64,000 nucleotides of DNA, from NCBI RefSeq assembly GCF_021869535.1, contig NW_026262668.1:136834001-136898000 (forward strand), in the 5' to 3' direction. The translations under genes and the position numbers were made by a program. The notes under the pieces are model-generated. The model was not told the origin of the DNA. It did not search any database and worked only from the letters and a program-made list of their open reading frames with translations. Positions 39,896 through 52,843 of this stretch are shown here, one piece after another. Numbering within the stretch: position 1 is the first letter of the stretch; the number at the start of each line of letters is the position of its first letter. Origin of the DNA: Mytilus californianus. Its lineage: Eukaryota.

Positions 39896-40062
39896 AATAC
39901 ATAACAAGACTAATAGGGGCTACACAAATATGTGGCAGTACATAACAAGGATAATAGGGGCTACACAAATATGTGACAGTACATAACAAGGATAATAGGG
40001 CTACACAAATATGTGACAGTACATAACATGGATAATAGGGCTACACAAATATGTGACAATAC
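39896..40062. repeat. 40-bp minisatellite, ~4 copies
   Basis: Unit CTACACAAATATGTGACAGTACATAACAAGGATAATAGGG. Confidence 0.9.
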
Positions 40063-41159
40063 AACAGACCACACCAACCAACAGCGGTCCAGATAGTCTG
40101 ACTTGGTAATTGCACAGAATGTGAATGGGTTACCTCCCCTTTGCCTATCTAAACCATATATTGTAAAAGTAAAACGCACAATAACGCGTCTGTATCGTGC
40201 ACTATTTTGAACAAGGGAATAATAGACACATAATTTAGAGACAAAAAGTGCTCGCATACAGGAGGTTAATTACATGTAGTGTAGCCACAGCTGTTGGTTA
40301 CATCTATACCACCGGTCAACAAAACAGAATCATAATAACACTCATAAAAGGTTTAATGACATCTCATCATAACATTTAATTGAAATCAGCATTATTGTGA
40401 GAGGCCAGTACATTATTCAAAATTGTCAGATCATCGGAAGAAAGAACAATTTTAACTCAATTAACTAGTACTAGTATACCAGACATTAAGGCCTAATTGT
40501 TGATGAATGATGTAAGAACTTTCCACGAGTTTTTACGAAAAACATTATTTCCTTTCAAATCAGAGAATGTCGGAGAACACAAACTATTAATGGTTGTTTT
40601 CATTAACTTTTATTAAAACATTGATTTTACAAAAGTGACAACAAAAAGAAATTTGAATACAAAATATAACAAATTATAACAAACTGTAATTATAAAGTAT
40701 GACTTTGTATAACATCATCTTTATTATGATACTACCAACAAATAATATTGAACAACATGAAATCAAATATTTACAGTAAATTACAATACAGAAGTCATGT
40801 TGCTTGTCTGGACTCAGTTACAATGTTATAATCTGTAGTTAACATCAAGTTCTAGAACTGAGAGAGCAAACAACATACCATGCATCTCCTTATTTAATAA
40901 AGATCATTTTAATTAGTTTTGGTTGTGTCTACACTTGTCTACTACAGTTCAGGTATACTTGAGTCTTTACGATGATAAAAAACATCTGTATGCGTTAAAC
41001 AACAATTACAAACAGAAGAGAATTTGCACAAACACATGTGTCTACAGTGCGAGATTCTAGAAGAGATAAACTTCAAAGAGTTGTCCATTGAAGTACACTC
41101 GGAACATATTTGGAACGTAGACAGACAGGCTATTTATTGTCAACAAATGATAAAAAAAA

Positions 41160-43975
41160 TAAAATGCTTCGCTGGGGCGCAGCTTGATACGACCGCAGAG
41201 GTCGAACCCTGAACAGTTGGGGCAAGTATGGACACAACATTCAAGCTTGATACAGCTCTGAATTTGGATTGTTATTAAATATTTGACACAGCATAGGTTT
41301 CTGACACAGAAAGAATGTGGTCTAAGAACTTGAATTTTTTTAATTTACCTATAATGGTCCAATGTCCAAAATCAAAATACATGGTTAGATTCAGCATATC
41401 AAAGAACCCCATATATTCAATTTTTGTTAAAATCAAACAAAGTTTAATTTTGGACCCCAACTTGGACAAACTTGAAAACTGGGCCCATAATCAAAAATCT
41501 AAACACATGTTTAGATTCAGCATATCAAAGAACCCCAAGAATTCAATTTTTGCTAAAATCAAACTAAGTTTAATTTTGGACCCTTTGGACCTTAATGTAG
41601 ACCAATTTAAAAAACGGGACTTAAAATTAAAAATCTAAATACACGGTTAGATTTGTAATATCAAAGAACCCCAATAATTCAATTTTTGATGAAATCAAAC
41701 AAAGTTTAATTTTGGACCCTTTTGACCTCAATATGAACCAATTTGATAGCGGGGCCCACAAATAAAAAATCTAAATTCATGGTTAGATTCAGCATATCAA
41801 AGAACCCCATATATTCAATTTTTGTTGAAATCAAAAAAAGTTTAATTTTGGACCCCAACTTTGACCAACTTGAAAACAGGGCCCATAATCAAAAATCTAA
41901 ACACATGTTTAGATTCAGCATATCAAAGAACCCCAAGAATTCAATTTTTGTTAAAATCAAACTAAGTCTAATTTTGGACCCTTTGGACCTCAATGAAGAC
42001 CAATTTAAAAAACGGGACCCAAATTAAAAATCTAAAAACACGGTTAGATTTGGCATATCAAAGAACCCCAATAATTCAATTTTCGATGAAATCAAACAAA
42101 GTTTAATTTTGGACCCTTTTGACCTCAATATGAACCAATTTGATAGCGGGGCCTACAAATAAAAAATCTAAATACATGGTTAGATTCAGCATATCAAAGA
42201 ACCTCATATATTCAATTTTTGTTGAAATCAAACAAAGTTTAATTTTGGACCCCAATTTGGACCAACTTGAAAACTGGGCCCATAATCAAAAATCTAAACA
42301 CATGTTTAGATTCAGCATATCAAAGAACCCCATATATTCAATTTTTGTTGAAATCAAACAAAGTTTAAATACTGGACCCTATCTTGGACCAACTTGAAAA
42401 CTGGGCCCATAATCAAAAATCTAAACACATGTTTAGATTCAGCAAATCAAAGAACCCCAAGAATTCAATTTTTGTTAAAATCAAACTAAGTTTAATTTTG
42501 GACCCTTTGGACCTCAATGTAGACCAATTTAAAAAACAGGACCCAAAATTAAAAACCTAAATACACGGTTAGATTTGGAATATCAAAGAACCCCAATAAT
42601 TCAATTTTAGATGAAATCAAACAAAGTTTAATTTTGGACCCTTTTGACCTCAATATGAACCAATTAGATAACGGGGTCCACAAATAAAAAATCTAAATAC
42701 ATGGTTAGATTCAGCATATCAAAGAACCCCATATATTCAATTTTTGTTGAAATCAAACAAAGTTTAATTTTGGACCCCAATTTGGACCAACTTGAAAACT
42801 GGGCCAAAAATAAAAAATCTAAATACATGTTTAGATTCAGCATATCAAAGAACCTCATATATTCAATTTTTGCTAAAATCAAACAAAGTTTAATTTTGGA
42901 CCCTTTGGACATTAATGCAATTTGAAAACTGGACCCAAAATTAAAAATCTAAATACACTGTTAGATTCGGCATAACAAATAAATAAATGTGATCAAAGAT
43001 TTTACAAATCTAATGCGCCATACTGTGCAATTAAAGATTACTTCTTGAAATTTTTCAATATTTGAAATTTGAAAAAAAAAAAATATTTGAAGAATAATTC
43101 TTTTTAATTTCTGAAATCTGAAATGAGAAAAAATTGGCCCCCCACAATTTCTTTTTATCCCCCCCCCCCCCCCTTTTTCCCCCCAAAAAATTCTTTCCCT
43201 CAAGATATGGTCATAATCTCAATTCAAATTTCCAATGGAGTTGGCAACCATAATTACCCATTTAAATTTACCATAGTGCTAACTTAATCTATTTTATAAT
43301 AGAATTAATAAAAATATAGTGTCAAATCTTTCATATGGATTTTTTTGTAAAAAAAAAAGATGAAAACATTTGCAGATATTTTTACTGGTCTTCCTTTATA
43401 AATATGCATTTCTTTAAACATAATTTAAAAGCAGTGTAAGGGAAGTAACCAAAACGTTGTATTTGGATTACCTCCCTTACACTGTTTTAGATTATCTTTA
43501 TTGTTCATTAACCATTACTTTATACATAATTTAAAAGCAGTGTAAGGGAGATAATTTCAATGATGTATTTGATTTATCTCCCTTACACTGCTTTAAATTA
43601 TGTTTTGAACTAAAGTATTTGTCCATTAACCAGGACAACCTTGTTTTTCCCCCTTTTTTGCCCCTAATTCCTAAACGGTTTGAGCCATAACCCCCCAAAG
43701 CAAATCCTAACCATCCCTTTGTGGTATGGAAACTTGTAGTATAATTTCAGAGAGATCCATACACCGTTCCACAGTTATTGTCTGGAAACTAGAAAATGCT
43801 CATTTTTGGCCCCTTTTTGGCCCCTAATTCCTTAACTGTTGGTACCATAACCCCCAAAATCAATCCCAACCTTCCTTTTGTGGTATTTAACCTTATGGTC
43901 AAATTTCAAAAAGATCCATTCATTTAAACTAAAGTTAGAGTGCGAAAACCAATATGTATTCGGACGACGACGCCG

Positions 43976-44007
<32 letters not shown>

Positions 44008-44058
44008 CAACGTCATACCAATATACGACCACAAAATTTTTTTGCGGTCGTATAAAAA
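41160..44058 (-). mobile_element. 2.9-kb HINE/Helentron-like element with an expanded internal tandem array
   Basis: Minus strand: 5' TTTTATACGACCGC with inverted GTGGTCGTATA, (GTC)n microsatellite (43965-44005), 3' GCGGTCGTAT plus GC hairpin, T-rich flanks. Internal 126-135-bp subunits at 41375-42960. Same termini as 61223-61869. Confidence 0.8.
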
Positions 44059-44177
44059 GTATAAAAAAAAAATATGTACAGGTTGTAACGATTAAATTCT
44101 TTTGGAAAAATGTTTAATTATTGAGCAATGAAATTTAATCATATATATTAATCCTGAGTTCATATGTTTCTCTAAGT

Positions 44178-47100
44178 TCAGTATTTCATACAATCAGCAC
44201 TGGAGTACTGGGTACATTGTGAATTACTGGTCGATTCTGTATAACCTGTGGTGTTACTTAATCCAGAACCTAGAATATAAAGCAATAGGCTAAAAACCAA
44301 GTATCATCAGTACGACCACTTCTATTTCAGTATCTTCGTATTCTAAAAATTGTTTTAATTAGTAATTATGTGCCTGGTATCACTTCTTATCAAAGTACTT
44401 CTTTGTGAGAGATTGGTTGTCTGTGTGAAAACATTTATAAATTGATTAAGTTTGCTGTTTTCGTTCAATAAAAAAGTTACTGCCCAGTTATATAACAGCA
44501 AACGGGTAGTGAAATCACCTCTAAATAATCGACGTCATCGACTATGAGATTTTATATCCAATTGACAGTGTTGTCCATTACACCGATCATGTCATGACAA
44601 GACTAGCGTGTTTTATTGCAGGTTGTATTATATATAAATACGCGGCTGTCATTCAGTATTCTTTCACATAAAATTTTATTCATATTTTCATATTGAATTA
44701 TTTTGATATTACATTCATTTTAAATCTGTGTCTTACATTGTTGTTTAGGTTTAAGATATCCTGGTGAAGTAAATCTAGAAAAGCGCTTTGGTCGCACGAA
44801 TGTTTTAATTCATTTACATGTCTGATACAAGCCATTTACAAATCTGTAAATCTTTGATTACTTCTTGCACATATTTACCTGTGATTAAGTTGTGTAGATT
44901 ACAATAGTTTGTTCCAGAGTCCAATACTGCATACCAAGTTTCTGATGTAGAGTAACCCTGTAGTGGATAGAAAACACGTTAGGACAAGCCAAAAGTATTT
45001 AACTAGTACATAATGAAAAATAGTTAGACAGAAGCTCCTCTTTATTAAGATAATCTTTTTTTATTTATTGAAAATATTCATCGGTTTAATGTTATTGCAA
45101 ATCGTACATGTTGTTTTGAAAACCTGTTGTATTACTGAATAAATATAAAAGTAAACATCTAATATTACCTCAGTTTTGCAATTCATCCCTGCATCACTAA
45201 AAGTAAAAGTCAGATCATCTTTATAATGTTTGCTAGGAGTTTCGTGTGTGGCTTTTAAGGTGTTGGTGGATTCACTAACGAGCTGAAAATGAAACAATAT
45301 TTATACACACTATTTACATTTAAAATTTTTAGTATATAAATGAGTTAAGAATATTATTGTCTCTAAAACGCTAAAAACATATCAAAAGAGGCAAGATTTT
45401 TTGTTTGATTCAATGCACTACCCTTTAACCTCCGTGAACCTTTAAAATCAGTGTAACACTATTTAAATTTCGACTCGAAATATTATAAATAAAAAGCCCC
45501 ACATTACCAGTCTTTATTGACAAAGTTATATTCATATTCATGTAGTGACTGCAGAAAGCATGTAAAATAGTAATGAATGTCTCACACAATTATACTTCAA
45601 CTTCACGATCCGCTATATTAAGATGGTCTCTGTAGTTTGGAGACTACATTGATGCAACAAGTCTATTGATCTTGAAATAAAGGATATCATAGATATATAT
45701 AAGTCTGCTTTATATATAGACTGACATCTAGAAAATGACAAATTGAGAGGATCGTTTGAGAAATTAAAATGATTATAACTTTCCCATTGTTCATTTTCAA
45801 TTTTTAAGTAGCTACATCCCAGCGGCATCTGCCTACATGTCTTCTAGATTAGATAATACGATATTCAAGGAGTGCGTTGCCTATTATATCATTTATGGAG
45901 GTTATGTCTTTCTACATAAATTTTGACTGCCCTCTAAGTCTTGGTATCTACTTCCCAATTGTTCTTACTTTGTATAGACATTTTTCGCCTCCGTTCTTAC
46001 AATTGTCCGGCCCATTCCATAGTGATATTTGGTTTCTCAGCTTTGTTTTTACATTATTACACGTCATGGAGGGGAATATCCTAAAAAAGATACAAATAAA
46101 CAGCGTGAGAGGTAAAAAACTATACACAAAGAAACCAGAGGCTCTAAAGAGCCCGTGTCGCTTACATTGGTCTATATGCATCTTCGACAATAGACAGTCT
46201 CTAACATTGTGGACTAGACAAGAATTCATGACAAAAATCTGCTTTTGTTGATCTGATATTGCTGATATTTTTTTTCTTTTAACAGTTTCTCTCCATCATC
46301 TTTAGTGTTTGCCCAAAACCTATAAAAGGTTAAAAATCGTCATTTCACGGCAATCACTCATATCAAAAGTCTACTAACGATTTCTGCAAAATTTGACATA
46401 TTCGTAGATAATTTTTGCTATATAAAGTGTTGATCTATCTTTTTTAGTTTGCAAGATACTAGGCAAAAACGATATCTAAAAACGCAAAAAAATAAGGTAA
46501 AAATTGTCACTAAAAAGCAAGAACTCAAATAAGGAGTCGACTGACGATTTCGATGTTGACTTATTTATAGATATTATCTTACTGATCATTTATTTATCTA
46601 TCATAATTTTTAAGATAATAGGCAAAAGAGCAATAACTTCTATAAGAAGTCATCTGACAGTTTTGATGTAAACATACAATAGGTAGATCTCATCATTCTA
46701 AACATTTTTGCTTATGTCAGATCTTCTCTATTCATAGTGGTTTCAAGATAATAGACAAAACTTGCATTTTAACCGTATGTTCTATCTTAAGCCATGTTGG
46801 CCATGAAGTTTCTTTTCTTCTTCTTGTTTGACAGGCTGGGTCATCGGACACATTGATCAAACTAGATAATATTACCCTAATGATGATTGTGGCCAAGATT
46901 GGTTAAATTTGGCTGAGTTGTTTCAGAGAAGATTTTTGAAAAATTAACAGACGACGACAGACGACGGACGCCAAGTGATGAGAAAAGCTTACTAGGCCCA
47001 AAGTTGGGTCAAAAATTATTTTAACAATTCCATGTGCGTATGTTTTATAAGCAGGACAATAGAGCATTTAAATAAAAGTGTCATATATAGATAATCCCGA

Positions 47101-48000
47101 GGGATAAAAGAAAACATAAAACTGAAACCCGTCTAGTAAAGATGCACAAACATTCGTATATCAAAACAAAGTACATATGCTAAAAAAAACAATAACTCAT
47201 TAATTTGAATCCAAACTCTTGTGAAACCAGGTGCTCTCAAAAGGATTTTAAAAAACTCCCGTGAAATCGTGTCCTCTGGAATAACCCTTGAAGTATTTAA
47301 AAAGCAACAAGGTGTACAACTATATATATAATTCTGGAAAAGTATTGGAACTCCCATATTCAGAAGTCAAATCAAGTACTCTGGAACCGCAAGCATTTAA
47401 ACTCCAGTACAATCAGATATGAAACTTGGAAATCTAAAATTATGAGTTGAAAGAAGACAGACAATGTCATCTGCGAAAACAAGGAGCAGCCCCCAAAATA
47501 GTGCGTTAGAGATTCAGCAACCACGAATCCCACTAAACAGTGGAGTAGTCGGTAAGGATAATAACTTTAAAATTGCACAGAAACCTGCTTCACAGATAAT
47601 ATTTCAACTTTCACTCGTCCTTCGAATATTTATAAATTATTTGATACGAAATATCCCTACAGCAACCTCTTTGAACGAAACGAATTCGAGTTATCTCTCT
47701 TTTTTTCTTCTGAAATGGTTATCAAACTCTTAAAAAAATCAAACTGAAAGAGAAACAAGTTACAGGTCGTCATTACTATACAACAATTTATAGTAGAAAT
47801 ATATCTTACCAATTTACTCTGCATGAAGCATGTAATGGATTTGTGGCAGCGAATCCAACAAAAAGTCCTAGGCCGGCTAAAACTACAACTGTTAAGACAA
47901 CCATCGTTATTTTACAACACAAAGGTATATTCTTGCAACATGAACCGCAGGATTTAGGCGAATAATCAGTTCCAAGCTTCCGGTATGGTTTACTGCTCAT
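44178..48000 (-). CDS. Uncharacterised 8-Cys protein, paralog A, predicted type II membrane-anchored, 195 aa, 5 exons
   Basis: join(complement 48000..47810, 46080..45969, 45282..45169, 44957..44879, 44269..44178) = 588 nt, GT-AG, phases 2/0/0/1. MSSKPYRKLGTDYSPKSCGSCCKNIPLCCK + hydrophobic ITMVVLTVVVLAGLGLFVGFAA + HASC..W, GEKCLY, HETPSKHYKDDLTF, GYSTSETWYAVLDSGTNYCNL, CTQYSSADCMKY*. Confidence 0.9.
46133..47005 (-). mobile_element. HINE-like element in intron 1 of paralog A
   Basis: Reverse complement of the 35906-37258 family termini (AGAGGCTCTAAAGAGCCCGTGTCGCTTAC; GACGCCAAGTGATGAGAAAAGCT). Confidence 0.75.
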
Positions 48001-48507
48001 GACAATGATTGTACACTTGATAGTACTCGGAAACGAACAATAGTTACATAAGGTATTTACTGTCACATGATTATGAGCGTGGTTTATTATTTAGTTTATA
48101 AATAGAACGAGGGACAAAAAGGGTTGGCAGAGACAGTTAATTAACAGTAGAATATCACAGTAAACGGAAAGCGGTAGTATTTTTTCCTCCATAGGCGACC
48201 CTTCTAACATGTTCTAAATTTGTCACTTTTTTATATAAAAACCAGAACAACATTTATCATTTTGTTTTAGAAATTGAAGTGAAGTGGTGGCATGACCATA
48301 TTTGAGATTGTTTATCAGGTATTGGACTATCTCCCAAATAGGTCATAATAAGCTATTTGGGGTATTATAGCCCAAATAGGATATACATTTTCAGTGCGAA
48401 ACATCTTAATTTTTTAATTTTTCAAAAATTTGATATTTGCATTTGTTGAGGTCAATAATAGCAACTTATGGTAAGCGATTTTTATATCAGCATCTCCCAA
48501 GGGATCA

Positions 48508-48590
48508 AACTCATTAACGATCCGGTATTCAGAAAACTCATTAACGATCCGGTATTCAGAAAACTCATTAACGATCCGGTATTCAGAAAA
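48508..48590. repeat. 27-bp tandem repeat x3 (AAACTCATTAACGATCCGGTATTCAGA)
   Basis: Read directly from the sequence. Confidence 0.9.
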
Positions 48591-49499
48591 GTTGCTAACC
48601 AAACGTTGTTGCCTTTAAATTTTATGTAATCATTTGCACTTTTCAATATTTTCCGTTGAATCCCAAAATTTATTTTTGGCATTATTGGGGTATTATAGAA
48701 TTGTAGTACGAAAAGACAATTATTCAATAGCAGTACATTTCTGAAGATTTTAGTAAGGTAAAGAATTTTCTTTTAAAAGAAAGTCCATGTACACGTGTTT
48801 TATAGTAAAACTTCGCCTTCAAGTATATAAACATAAAACATAGTCAAGTTTTTTAATTTGAAGTATCATAATTATGACTTTGTTTTTTTAGCTCAATCAT
48901 ATTTTTCTGTTGATTTTTTGTTGACTGTTGTTTTATCTCATTTTTTCTTCGGTATTTTACCTAGAGGTTATAGTTATTATTGTTATTCCTTTTTACAACT
49001 ATCAATTTTTTTTTTACTCAAAATTACATGTCATTACCAACCATTCCACCTTTGTTTCCTGTGTCAGTTGAAATAATCACCCCTTTCTTTCTTTACATTA
49101 CATCAACACAAACCCAACTGACTGATTATTTTCAGCTCCGACATTCCGACACCCCATTGGTATGACACCACAATTTTCAGACATCCCAATAGTTCGACAC
49201 CATTATAGTGCGACAAAGGTTAATAACTGTCGAAATAGAAATTATGCTTCCTTGAATCGGTGTTGATGTGGTATTTGAACTGCTTATGTTATGAGTGTAT
49301 TAAAGAAACACATAATACCATCCCACCCATCTGATATCTAACAAAATGATACATATTATAGTCGAAAATAAAAGTTTCATTGAAATATCCTAACAAAATT
49401 ATAAATTTTATTATTATTTATTACGGTTGGAACTCCGAAGACATTATCTGTCAGAATGAACTTGCATTTAATATTCATTAAGCATTTACACTGGACATT

Positions 49500-50033
49500 A
49501 AGCAGACACAAATATATCAATCATGTAAGTCTTAAAATTGAACAAGGACGACACACTAAAACACCTGTAGAAGAAAGAATTTGTCCCTTGTGTCTTTTAG
49601 AAGTAGAAGATGAATTTCATTTCACTATAATATGTACAAAACTAAATACAATTAGAGAACAATTATTTTCCAAAATTAGTGAAATAGTTCCCTCTTTTTT
49701 AAATATGACTAATGAAGCAAGATTTAAATTTTTGTATACCTGTGGTGAGACTGATATAATTAAAATTATTGTAAAATTCATAAGCACCATGTATAATTCT
49801 AGAAATGCTTTATTGAGTTCTTAATAACTTTGTGGTACCACCTCCTCAGCAGAGATTATATACATTCATTTATTACTGTAACAATATTTTCTTTTTATAA
49901 TGGAGGGGATATACAGTTATATATATATAATGTTTATAAATGTGGTCAGATTTTGTTTGTATGTTTTTGTATTGTCTTGGTAACAATCCTATAGTTTTGG
50001 ATTTTGAACCAATAAAATTGTCTTATCTTATCT
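49500..50033 (+). mobile_element. 5'-truncated non-LTR retrotransposon 3' end (CR1/L2/Daphne-like)
   Basis: ORF 49456..49824 contains HVSLKIEQGRH..EERICPLC..EVEDEFHF..C..L..IR, the C-terminal Cys/His motif of these LINE ORF2 proteins; followed by AATAAA and a (TCTTA)n tail. Confidence 0.85.
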
Positions 50034-52843
50034 GTAAGAATGGCCACGGGAATGTACTCTTAACATCAACAATTCGATTTGTTATTGCATATTTATAAAA
50101 CATCCAACCCTTCCGCGTTCTTTGTTGCTTCTTGTAAAACATAACTATTCTGTGGTCTTTCCTTTCTGCTTTCCAAATTATCGATTATCGGTCGAAAGTT
50201 TAATCGATTGAACAATACACGTACCACGCTCTGCAAAATTAACTCTAGCAAGCTACACCACGTCCCTGTCATTGGCACATGAATAAAATGAAAGATGAGA
50301 CGCAAGAATGCTTCATAAGTACAAACTAACAAAAACAAGACTTTGTATAATACATTTATATTGAGAACAATAACACATTATAATGATACGAAGATACCCT
50401 GCTTTATATTGACAGACATGCTGAGTCGGATTATACACTTGCAACTTGTACAAAATTGTATTTCCGACTCCGTGGGGACCAGTCTTAAGTTTGCTCTTAC
50501 TCATAAATGTCACTTTGTTGGCGGATAATCAGCAAATACCAATTTAAAAGCATTTCTTTTTCTTTATTCTATTTCTAGTTGATTTTCGTCTTCTCATGCA
50601 GTTAACTTTTGACGCAGACTTAATTAGTATTATCACCCAATGAGACAATGTATGGCATGCCACAATATTTAATGAATTATAGCCAATGCCAAATAATTAT
50701 TATTAAATGAGAAGATTATCATGATATTTTTGATATATTTCCATTGCACATTTCCAAATGACATTCATTGATTTTTTCATAGAGCCTGAATTGCAGATTT
50801 TCCTATAAGGTTTTTAAACGTCTCTGCTGAGTTTCATATATATGGCATGATCACATAGAGTATAAATCTGCTCCTCTGAAATTACTAGGCCAAATGTTAC
50901 AAAACTTTACATAGTTGTACCTATGGGTATTTATTTTACAACTGTATCTGGGAATTTAATTCATCAACAAACATGGCCGCTGTTGCAAAAAATAAAACAT
51001 AAGGGTAAAATACAGATTTTGGATTCAGAAAAACTAAAGCAGTTAGAGTAAATCTTACAAGGTAGAATTGACAAGCAGGTCAAGGTATTTATTTCGAGTG
51101 CCAAATTTTCAGAAAAATGAAACTACCCATTTTGGAGTTATTTCCCGTAAAATATATATTTTGCAAATTTCGCAGTTTCTGCTTATTATCTTTAAAACTA
51201 TAACAGAAAGAGAGAAATTTTTAATGATAAGAATGACCAGAACTGTAAAATCCACAAAAAAGTCAACATGGACGACATGACCCCTTACAGGAGTTATTGC
51301 CCTTGAAAGACTAATTTAACTGCATGCTTGTTTGCAGAGACTATACTTATAAATATATATATATATATAGATAAAGAGAAATTGTAAAAATTGTAAAAAA
51401 CAAAAGTGTTCAGCAAAATCAGATCTGCAAATAAGTCAACATGGACGAATTGTCAATTAACTCCTTGTACAGGAATTATTACCATTGAAAGACTAATTTT
51501 ACTCATTTTTGAGGCTTTTTTTGGCAGAAACTGTAATGGATAGAGAGAAATTGTAAAAAACAAAAGTGTTCAGCAAAATAAGAACTTCAAATGATGTCAA
51601 ATTAACCGAAATTGTTCATTGACCGCTTATAGGAGTTATTGTCCTTGAAAGATTACTTTTATCTATGTTTTTACCATTTTTTGCAGATATCATTATAGAA
51701 AGAGAGAAAATTACAGATAAATAAACTTTATCAGACTTTTTAATATAAAAATATATTGACTATTGCCTAATTATTCGGTGTTGGATTCAAAGGGTGTCAG
51801 ACGACTATTAAAGCGTCGGACTAATGGGGTGTCGGACCAACGGAGTGTCGGAATATCGGGGCTGAAAGCCATCCTTCGGTTGTGTAGAATTTCAACTGAC
51901 ACGGGAAAATGGGCATTTAGAAGAGAAGGCAGTTTCTGCTCGATGCAATCTGTATTTCCAAGAAAAATATTTGTCTTTCATACCAGAATTAAAGGAATAA
52001 TTTCACCAAATATCTGCGATTTATTCTTACGGTTGTGCTTTTTAATGCAAGAGATAGAAAAGGTGTAGTTATAAAGAATATTTAGATAAAGAGATTTGTA
52101 CTCTTATTTATCTGACCTGGAAATATTTATAATCTGTTTGTTTTAAAGTACAGACTCGTTAGATATGTGTGACCTAATATATAGTTTGTCCGCTAGCCAT
52201 TGCTTTTTTGTAGAATGTCAGTCACATTTATGTTTTTAGACCTTTTTGTAGAAAGTCTTTCAAACGTCATATATTTCGTTTAGTTTTGTTTTATCATTCC
52301 ATTTTTCGTTTCGTTTCGTTTTGTCAATTTTCCGTTTTGTTTTGTTTTGTAAACTTTTCGTTTCGTTTTGTTCATTGCGTTTTTATTTCGTTTCTCATTT
52401 TACTACCACCCTTAAAAAAGAACGTAAAAAAACGAAAATGCATTACATATTTTGGGAAATGGGCCTATCAGCTACTTGATTATATTTATAATAAATCTTA
52501 TATTGTGTTGTCGGGTTGCTGTCTAAGTGATATATACCCCAAATGATAATCTTTTGGGATAAATTACACAATTTCAACTTCTATCTCCAATTAATGAATG
52601 GTCGTTACTCTAAGCGAATAAGCTGCAGATATCATTCTTAGTGTCCAAAAGTATATCAATGTAAGTTCAAACGTACTTAGAATGCCAAATATTCTTCTAA
52701 ATGTTGAACATTCCAAGGTCTCATATCAGTGACGTTGTTTGTTACACCATGTTTGGTCACTGTTTGAAATGAGATACGTATATAACCTTGACAAAGAAAA
52801 CGGACTTCCATTACAAGTGGGGTCTCTAAGAAGAACAAGCAAT

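Noticed and set aside
40760-40860. Acceptor-like CTCTCTCAG as a possible last exon of paralog A
   Set aside because: The frame stops after ~9 codons; the true last exon (44269-44178) matches paralog B exon 5 in length and sequence.
41315-42925. Several 75-107-aa ORFs with repeated MFRFSISKNP
   Set aside because: Translations of HINE core repeats; no splice or homology support.
50093-50513. Two minus-strand ORFs of 66-81 aa between the paralogs
   Set aside because: No recognisable motif and no linked exons found; left unclassified.
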